Source of the DNA: Gammaproteobacteria bacterium
GTDB taxonomy: Bacteria > Pseudomonadota > Gammaproteobacteria > Eutrophobiales > Eutrophobiaceae
Assembly (NCBI GenBank): GCA_965221695.1
Contig: OZ244905.1
Coordinates: forward strand, 384,001-448,000
Reading direction: 5' to 3'
Length of the DNA: 64,000 nt
Part shown: positions 40,679-47,026 of the stretch, in pieces
Position numbering within the stretch: the first letter of the stretch is position 1
How the letters are laid out: every line of letters begins with the position of its first letter
The notes under the pieces: generated by a model
What the model saw: the letters and a program-made list of their open reading frames with translations, nothing else
Told to the model about the DNA's origin: nothing
Databases searched by the model: none
Made by a program: the position numbers and the translations under genes

Positions 40679-40753
40679 ATGCCCCCGGAACTCTCTCCCG
40701 ATAATACCGCGCTACTGATCGTGGATATGAGCCTGGACTTCGCTTCATTGTAA
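40679..40753 (+). pseudogene. Truncated paralog of the isochorismatase at 26722
   Basis: MPPELSPDNTALLIVDMSLDF* vs MSSELSPHNTALLIVDMSLDF. Confidence 0.75.
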
Positions 40754-40820
40754 AAACTATCCCTCAAATGGGCTGGCGGAGGCGAGCCAAGCAAACTCAG
40801 GCGCAATAATTTTCACAAAA

Positions 40821-40882
40821 TGTGAGTTTTCTCACAATTTCGCCAATTTTTTGCTTGTCAACGTTTTGCGCGCCGGTAAGAT
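40821..40882 (+). promoter_or_regulatory. CRP-type box plus sigma70 promoter
   Basis: TGTGA-GTTTTC-TCACA (40821-40836); TTGTCA-16 bp-TAAGAT; box centre is -61.5 from A40890. Confidence 0.65.
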
Positions 40883-40889
40883 CGTACCT

Positions 40890-41122
40890 ATCCGAACGCA
40901 ATGTGCGACAGACGGCCCGCCGATAGTATAGAGGTGTACAAAATTGCGGGATACCGGCAGCATAACGTTCGGACGTTTGCTTGTGCTGTGCCACAAGCGC
41001 CCCTACTTGCCGTACATGGCCTGATTGGTTATCCAGGCCGCGTTAAGGATAACCTGGCGCCAGGGGGAAGGCGGTGTCTCCAATCCACGCTACATCGCTC
41101 CGCCTCCCCCTGGCAGGGGTTT
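40890..41122 (+). ncRNA. Putative structured non-coding RNA (unknown family), copy 1
   Basis: Starts at the predicted +1; stems TCCGAACG/CGTTCGGA, CCCGC/GCGGG, GCTTGTG/CACAAGC, GGCCTG/CAGGCC, GCCAGGGGG..AGGCGG/CCGCCT..CCCCCTGGC. Confidence 0.5.
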
Positions 41123-41124
41123 AA

Positions 41125-41363
41125 CCCGAAAATCTCACCAATTCGCTTGCCAGCATCGGATAGATGTTTGCTGTGAATGAGTTATGGTAATCTATCAAGT
41201 ATGTTGCCATTACACACTGCGCTTGATGCGTCCTCGCTGGTCTTTTTTGCGTTAGCGGGCACATGCTCCCTCAACCAGAAGAACCACTATGCTTTCGGTC
41301 GCGAGCACCCGCTAACACAAAAAATCCTCAGCGATCATCGCATCAATTGGTGAGATTTCCGGG
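41125..41363. mobile_element. MITE-B (239 bp) with TTAA target duplication
   Basis: TIRs CCCG(G)AAATCTCACCAATT; TTAA on both sides; empty site at 43962-43965 in repeat copy 2. Confidence 0.85.
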
Positions 41364-41455
41364 TTAACCGCTGACGCATGCAGATTTACAGCGCTAAGCA
41401 GGGAAACTTCGGCTACAGCCTGCGCTCCCAGGGTTAATGCCAAAGCCTTTCCGAC

Positions 41456-42436
41456 TCACCAGTTATTTTCCTGTAAATATTGCTCCAGGGAAATAAGCCA
41501 GGGATGCTTGCTGCGCAGCGCTTCCACATCGACGCTGTAGCCTGTGTTTTCAAACCATTTCTCCATAATCGTCATTTCTTCGCCCTGTTGCGCTTCATAC
41601 TCATCCCATGGTATCTGAACATAAGTGATAGCGTTGCCGGTAATCCGAGAAAAAGTGCCGGCAATTTCCTGCTGGGTGGATGTATCACCGGCAATATCCA
41701 GTGAAACACCCAGCCACTGATCCGGATTATCGAATGCTTCGGCAGCGAAGCGTCCGATATCCTTCACCGCGATGTGCTGATGGGGTGTGTCCGCTGATAA
41801 TGGCCCGTAAATAAACCCGTTTTCAATCTCGGCGCGGGAATATTCCCAGTTCTCCATGAACGAGACGGGGCGGATAATCGTATAAGGCAGTTGTATGGCT
41901 TGAATATGTTTTTCAATCTCATACTTGCTGTCAAAATGGGGAATACCGGTGTTTTTATCTGCGTTGGCAACCGATGAATAGACAAAATGCTCCACGCCCG
42001 CTTGCATCGCGGCGTCGGCAAAATTCATCCCCTGCCTGATCTCTGCCTGCTTGCCATGTTCCCAGAAATTCTGCACGGAAAAGACGCCATAAGCCCCTTG
42101 CACTGCCTGGTGCAATGTTGTCATATCATCGAAATCACCCTTCACCATCTCAACTCCAAGATCAGCAAGACGGCGCGCCCGGTCGCTGTCAGGGTTACGG
42201 GTCAACCCCCGCACCTGATAACCGCGGGATAATAATTCCCTTGCCACCGCTCCCCCCTGCCTGCCGGTAGCGCCGGACACCAGGATGAGCTTATCCGAAT
42301 TTGCATGCTCCGCGCCAGGTTGTGCAGATGTGCCGACCTCGTTGCTTTGTTCGCAGGCCACCAGGGAGAATAATGCAAGCAGGCAACCAAGCAGCCTGCA
42401 CATACGATAGTTCAGGGAGTTTTTCATTTGATTCAT
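41456..42436 (-). CDS. NmrA/HSCARG-family NAD(P)-binding protein with lipoprotein-like N-terminus
   Basis: ILVSGATGRQGG and PHFDSK motifs; LVAC lipobox. Confidence 0.85.
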   Translation of the reverse strand: MNQMKNSLNYRMCRLLGCLLALFSLVACEQSNEVGTSAQPGAEHANSDKLILVSGATGRQGGAVARELLSRGYQVRGLTRNPDSDRARRLADLGVEMVKGDFDDMTTLHQAVQGAYGVFSVQNFWEHGKQAEIRQGMNFADAAMQAGVEHFVYSSVANADKNTGIPHFDSKYEIEKHIQAIQLPYTIIRPVSFMENWEYSRAEIENGFIYGPLSADTPHQHIAVKDIGRFAAEAFDNPDQWLGVSLDIAGDTSTQQEIAGTFSRITGNAITYVQIPWDEYEAQQGEEMTIMEKWFENTGYSVDVEALRSKHPWLISLEQYLQENNW

Positions 42437-42852
42437 ATGTTGTGGATAGTCGGTGGCGCCCAGTTTTCGATACGCAGACCTGGCACACGTTTAAACTCAT
42501 CAGTGTTATTGGTAACCAAGACAAGACCTGAAGCGCGGGCATGGCCGGCAATCATTTGATCATACGGTCCGATTGGTGTTCCTGCTTGGGCCAATTCAGC
42601 TCGAACTTGCCCAAAATGTAACGCAGCCACATCATCAAATGGCAAGACTTCCAGTCTTGCAGTGATGCCTTCTATATCATTCAGATTACGTTCCGGTTGA
42701 GATGATTTTTCTGCGCCATAAATTAATTCACCGAGCGTCACCGTGGAAATCGCCATCTGTCCTGAATGACGTTTAAATGTCTCTCTCACTCTTGCTGGTC
42801 GGTTCTTGATGGTGTAAATTACAATGTTGGTATCCAGCATGAATTTGAGCAC
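42433..42852 (-). CDS. vapC: VapC PIN toxin (enteric tRNA-fMet endonuclease type)
   Basis: MLKFMLDTNIVI, GTPIGPYDQMIAGHA and VTNN..EF.RVPGL. Confidence 0.92.
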   Translation of the reverse strand: MLKFMLDTNIVIYTIKNRPARVRETFKRHSGQMAISTVTLGELIYGAEKSSQPERNLNDIEGITARLEVLPFDDVAALHFGQVRAELAQAGTPIGPYDQMIAGHARASGLVLVTNNTDEFKRVPGLRIENWAPPTIHNI

Positions 42853-43082
42853 TATAATGGTTCTCTCCTTTGTTGTGTCGGTTGTTCCCTCTCTGACATA
42901 AAATCATCCGATACCCCTGGCCCATTAAACCAATGATCCCAGCTTTCACCGGCGGGCGTGATCAGCCGCGCATTGCCCAGCTTTACAATATCCACCTTTT
43001 TCACCGAGGCAGGTAATGCAACAGGCTTGGGAAGTCGAATAGCTTGACTTTGATTACTTTTGAAAACCGTAGATTGTTCCAT
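42852..43082 (-). CDS. vapB: VapB (VagC/MvpT-type) antitoxin
   Basis: TVFKSNQSQAIRLPK...WDHWF...DFMSEREQP; GGAG RBS. Confidence 0.9.
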   Translation of the reverse strand: MEQSTVFKSNQSQAIRLPKPVALPASVKKVDIVKLGNARLITPAGESWDHWFNGPGVSDDFMSEREQPTQQRREPL

Positions 43083-43103
43083 TGAATTCTCCGCATATAT
43101 TAA

Positions 43104-43254
43104 GGAAACTCTGAACAAGTCCATCCTGGACTTGTCAGAGTACGAAAAACAAAAATGCGATTTTTGTTTTCCTCACAATATCAATGCCTTACAGTCATTG
43201 ATATTGACGATACATCCTTGTACCGTAGGAACCTCTGACTTAATCAGAGGTTCC
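43104..43254. mobile_element. MITE-A copy 2 (151 bp) in the vapBC 5' leader
   Basis: Matches 2525-2673; TTAA on both sides. Confidence 0.85.
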
Positions 43255-43266
43255 TTAAGATGATAA

Positions 43267-43304
43267 ATCATAGCTTCAATCTTGGATATGTCAATTGTAT
43301 ATCC
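43267..43304 (-). promoter_or_regulatory. vapBC promoter with operator palindrome
   Basis: Minus strand TTGACA-16 bp-TATGAT; GGATATG-N7-TATATCC inverted repeat over the -35. Confidence 0.6.
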
Positions 43305-43329
43305 CATAAATTCATGTGTTTGCACGAAC

Positions 43330-43461
43330 CTAAGTTCGCCAACATTGCATCTTGCCCAGATATTTCTCAAGCACTGCCCATGCTTTGTCCAGATCATAAA
43401 CCTTCTGCAGGTTCAAGCGTTGTTCAGGCCCGGTTCCAAAATAACGACCTAAATGCAACGC
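43330..43461 (-). pseudogene. C-terminal fragment of a HigA antitoxin
   Basis: ALHLGRYFGTGPEQRLNLQKVYDL resembles the HigA ALRL..YFGT..EFWLNLQ..YDL motif. Confidence 0.6.
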
Positions 43462-43588
43462 ATGAAGGCAGCTATCAATTCTATTCTGAATGCAAAACAA
43501 AACCAGATAATATTTGTCAAATCTGAGGCAAAAAATAGATGATTAATAGGACTGGCTGCACAATGAGATTCGATTTTTGTTCCTGTAC

Positions 43589-44052
43589 TGTGAAAACTAC
43601 CCCTGAAATGGGCTGGCGGAGGCGAGCCAAGCAAACTCAGGCGCTATTTTTTTCACAAAATGTGAGTTTTCTCACAATTTTGCCAATTATTTGCTTGTCA
43701 ACGTTTTGCGCGCCGGTAAGATCGTACCTATCCGAACGCAATGTGCGACAGACGGCCCGCCGATAGTATAGAGGTGTGCATAATTGCGGGATACCGGCAG
43801 CATAACGTTCGGACGTTAGCTTGTGCTGTGCCACAAGCGCCCCTACCATGCCGTACATGGCCTGATTGGCTATCCAGGCCGCGTTAAGGATAACCTGGCG
43901 CCAGGGGGAAGGCGGTGTCTCCTATCCACGCTACATCGCTCCGCCTCCCCCTGGCAGGGGTTTAAGCGCTGGCGCATGCAGATTTACTGGTCTGCCGGAT
44001 ATAATGACCCCAAAGATACACAGCGCTACGCGGGAAACTTCGGCGACAGCCT
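43589..44052 (+). repeat. Copy 2 of the non-coding unit (CRP box 43661-43676, promoter 43695-43722, putative RNA from ~43730)
   Basis: Near-identical to 40749-41124 plus 41368-41422. Confidence 0.92.
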
Positions 44053-44089
44053 GGGCATCTGAATTTCAGTTGGACGAAGGGTCAATGGG

Positions 44090-44383
44090 CTATGATTCGG
44101 TAACATACCCCCATGCCTTGAATTGTTCCTGTAAATCAGGGTCATCCTTGAAGACAAGAAAAAACAGGTATTCAGGCGCCAAATCCAACTTATCAGACCA
44201 AACCACAGCATTATTCTTTACTTGAAATTTTCGGAATAGTGATTTTTCTTTCAGCTTGGAAAATACAGGTCTTTTATCACTGAATATTGTTGATTCAAGG
44301 TTTGCCGTGCCGGTTTTACCATTGCTGAAAACCAGATGAATAGAGTAATCACCTAAATATTCTGCTCGCTCAACCTCTAACAT
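44090..44383 (-). CDS. DUF2442 protein (putative antitoxin)
   Basis: AEYLGDYSIHLVFSNG and VVWSDKLDLAPEYL motifs. Confidence 0.8.
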   Translation of the reverse strand: MLEVERAEYLGDYSIHLVFSNGKTGTANLESTIFSDKRPVFSKLKEKSLFRKFQVKNNAVVWSDKLDLAPEYLFFLVFKDDPDLQEQFKAWGYVTES

Positions 44384-44445
44384 TGATGCCTTGTAATCGT
44401 TGAATACTGCGTGAAAGTGGGGGGGTTATGATCATTGAAATACAT
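44384..44445 (-). pseudogene. DUF4160 remnant (frameshifted, truncated)
   Basis: MYFNDHNP / PHFHAVFNDYKA split by a C7 tract. Confidence 0.65.
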
Positions 44446-44511
44446 TTTGAATTTCCAGCAACTCGTCCTTCAGAAACTCTCCCGGGTGGATTGGCTCTCT
44501 GACCATGTTGT

Positions 44512-45696
44512 TCACCTCATTTTGGCCCCCAGCCGAACATCCCGGCTGAAGAATGAGATCCCATTGTTTTTCCTGTAAAGCCTGCGCTTTTCATCCAGAA
44601 GTTTCAATGTGTCTTTATCCTCATAGTACCAGTACATCCAGCCATTGCAGCTTTCGGTGTTATTCAGCAGCGCGCCTATTTTGTGTATTGAGCCGGTACC
44701 TATGCTGTTCTCTATTTTCCCATCGGGTAAAACAATGGCTGAACAGGTTTTGTCTTTAGTGTATAGACACTGGTTTTCCCGTATATACCTGGCTTCCACA
44801 AGCTGTTGCATACTGACCCGTTGTAATCTTTTTGGTGGGGGCTCCACTAACCGAATATTTTGAAACAGGTCAGCGTTGATGGATTTTAACCTGTTTTCTG
44901 CAATGTCTACGTAGCGCGGCTCCTGCTCTATGCCGATACTCCGCCTGTTCAGTTTTTTTGCCACTGCACAAGTGGTGCCACTGCCCAGAAACGGGTCCAG
45001 CACCAGGTCATCTTCATTGCTGCTGGACAGGATTACTCTTTGTAGTAATGCCTCAGGCTTCTGTGTTGAATGGGCTTTTTTGCCGTATCCATCCTTAATG
45101 CGTTCAGCTCCGGTACACAGGGGAATACGCCAGACAGAGGTCATCTGTTTGCCGTCATTAAGCTGTTTCATGACCTGGTGGTTGAAAGTATATTGCTTTT
45201 GTTTCTCCGACTTTTTCGCCCAGATCAAGGTTTCCGTTGCATTCGTGAAGCGCACTCCTCTGAAGTTCGGCATGGGATTGATTTTGTGCCACTGCACATC
45301 ATTGAGGATCCAGTAGCCCAGGTCCATCATGATCTTTCCCACCCGGAAAATATTATGATAAGAACCGATCACCCAGATCGCGCCATCGTCGGCCAATACT
45401 CGCCGGCAGGCGCTCAGCCATTGCCGAGTGAACTCATCGTAGTTCTCGAAAGAAGAGAACTGATCCCAAGCATCGTCGACACCATCTACCAAGGTTTGGT
45501 TGGGCCTGTATAACTCCTGTTTGAGCTGCAGGTTGTACGGTGGGTCGGCAAAAATGAGGTTGACCGATTTCTCCGGCAATTCATGCAGTATTTCAATACA
45601 GTTGCCGGTGTATATACGATAGTCTGAACTACCGAAGTCGCTATTCAGACTCGATAATTTCTCTTGCATGGGAACGGTCACAGTCTCAGCGCTCAT
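44512..45696 (-). CDS. Beta-class adenine DNA methyltransferase, CcrM/M.HinfI-like
   Basis: IFADPPYNLQL, IGSYHNIFRVG, NPMPNFRG, HSTQKPEALL, LDPFLGSGTT; C-terminal GSIH..GA...CNGW. Confidence 0.88.
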   Translation of the reverse strand: MSAETVTVPMQEKLSSLNSDFGSSDYRIYTGNCIEILHELPEKSVNLIFADPPYNLQLKQELYRPNQTLVDGVDDAWDQFSSFENYDEFTRQWLSACRRVLADDGAIWVIGSYHNIFRVGKIMMDLGYWILNDVQWHKINPMPNFRGVRFTNATETLIWAKKSEKQKQYTFNHQVMKQLNDGKQMTSVWRIPLCTGAERIKDGYGKKAHSTQKPEALLQRVILSSSNEDDLVLDPFLGSGTTCAVAKKLNRRSIGIEQEPRYVDIAENRLKSINADLFQNIRLVEPPPKRLQRVSMQQLVEARYIRENQCLYTKDKTCSAIVLPDGKIENSIGTGSIHKIGALLNNTESCNGWMYWYYEDKDTLKLLDEKRRLYRKNNGISFFSRDVRLGAKMR

Positions 45697-45699
45697 AAT

Positions 45700-46077
45700 T
45701 TATTTGTACTCAGACACATTCGGTTCGCTTATTCCCTCCAAAGCCGGGTATGTCAACGCGCGTTCAATGGATTGTTTGACAAATTCATTCAAGTTCAGGT
45801 TTTTCTCTTTTGCAACGGTGAGAGCCTGTCGGTGCAACGCCGGACCGATACGCACATTAAAAGAGCCTTTGCACGGCTTGATTGGCTCTCTTCCAGCCTC
45901 TCTGCAATCAAGCAGGTAATCTTCAACAGCTTGTTCAAATGCCTGTTCCAACTCCGGCATATTTTGCCCCTCGTATGTGACCAACGGCTCAATAAACTCC
46001 AATTTGCCATATAAACATTTATCTTCAACACTGGCCTCTATCGAACCGTAAAACCCTTTGTATTTGAATAAGCTCAT
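45700..46077 (-). CDS. hicB: HicB antitoxin
   Basis: YKGFYGS...AVEDYL..C...KGSFNVRI..LH motif. Confidence 0.88.
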   Translation of the reverse strand: MSLFKYKGFYGSIEASVEDKCLYGKLEFIEPLVTYEGQNMPELEQAFEQAVEDYLLDCREAGREPIKPCKGSFNVRIGPALHRQALTVAKEKNLNLNEFVKQSIERALTYPALEGISEPNVSEYK

Positions 46078-46322
46078 AATAATTCCGCATCTTTCAGTTT
46101 GATCAGCACCAATCTCTGCACATACTTTTTTATCTCATTTCCCGGGTGCGGACGATGCAGGTTAATGATATGTTCCTGATTTCCATTATCGAATTTCACC
46201 CTTGATCCTTTACCTTGTATTTCTTTATAACCCAAAGATATCAACAAGGTTCTCAACTCCTGCCAGCTAATCGACTTTTTGTCATCCAATAACTTGGATT
46301 TCAACTTCTCCCTTCTGCTCAT
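46074..46322 (-). CDS. hicA: HicA toxin
   Basis: GKGSRVKF and LHRPHPGNEIKKY motifs. Confidence 0.88.
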   Translation of the reverse strand: MSRREKLKSKLLDDKKSISWQELRTLLISLGYKEIQGKGSRVKFDNGNQEHIINLHRPHPGNEIKKYVQRLVLIKLKDAELL

Positions 46323-46351
46323 CAAGACATTATAGAGCGGCAGATGCGTAA

Positions 46352-46372
46352 TGCAACTATTTTGTAGTCGCA
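46352..46372. promoter_or_regulatory. Probable HicB operator palindrome
   Basis: TGCAACTA-N5-TAGTCGCA upstream of hicA. Confidence 0.55.
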
Positions 46373-46539
46373 ATTCGGGATTGGGATTTACATGCTCAAA
46401 ATTTGGAGAATAACAGCTATAATTTAGTTAATCTCCGGCAAATTGTGAAACGACTGGCGATTGTCAGGGATGGCAGGTCTTGAATTCATAAATGTAGCTA
46501 TTGTAACAATAGTATTGACACTATATATTGTTGTTAACT

Positions 46540-47016
46540 ATGGAAATTGACAAACATTATCTGCGCATCGCATTCAAGGAGGCAGTGAACGCCCGCGCAC
46601 GCGGCAACCATGCGTTTGGGGCGTTGCTGGTGGATGCTGACGGTAAGCCGGCCCTGGCGGCGAAGAACTCGGTGGTCACTGATAGCGATGTCACCGCTCA
46701 TGCTGAGATTAACCTGATCCGGGCTGCATCCAAGAAATTCAAGCCTGAACAGTTAATGGGGTTTACCCTTTATGCCAGCGCCGAGCCTTGCCCAATGTGC
46801 GCTGGCGCAATTGTATGGGCGAATATTCGCCGGGTTGTTTTTGGACTGGGGATGGAAGACATTTACCGGCTTTTGGGTGGCGTCCCCGACGCCCCTGGGC
46901 TTCGAATGCGCGCGCTTGATGTGTTCGCCGCAGCCCCCTGGCCGGTGGAAGTGGTCGGCCCCTTGCTTGAAGACGAGGCTCGTGAAGTGTTTGTACAGGA
47001 GCCGAACTCTGCTTGA
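46540..47016 (+). CDS. Zinc-dependent nucleoside/guanine deaminase
   Basis: TAHAEI and SAEPCPMC motifs. Confidence 0.88.
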   Translation: MEIDKHYLRIAFKEAVNARARGNHAFGALLVDADGKPALAAKNSVVTDSDVTAHAEINLIRAASKKFKPEQLMGFTLYASAEPCPMCAGAIVWANIRRVVFGLGMEDIYRLLGGVPDAPGLRMRALDVFAAAPWPVEVVGPLLEDEAREVFVQEPNSA

Positions 47017-47026
47017 GGCCAGGAAC

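Larger units (their letters stand above)
40749..41124 (+). repeat. Copy 1 of a ~375-bp non-coding unit (shared sequence resumes 41368-41422 after the MITE-B insertion)
   Basis: Near-identical to 43589-43965. Confidence 0.92.

Noticed and set aside
40903-41120. GTGCGACAG as a group II intron 5' end
   Set aside because: It lies inside a closing helix, the shared sequence extends ~150 bp upstream of it, and no domain V or RT ORF is visible.
40821-41120. Csr/Rsm-type sRNA with a GacA box, or a known riboswitch
   Set aside because: The palindrome spacing fits CRP (16 bp) rather than the 18-bp GacA box. GGA motifs are few, and I recognised no cobalamin, TPP, lysine or c4 consensus.
40797-44225. 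Short ORFs called within the two repeat copies (e.g. 40901-41176, 43539-43766, 43823-44062)
   Set aside because: Starts, stops and frames are not conserved between the near-identical copies, and there is no RBS or recognisable motif.
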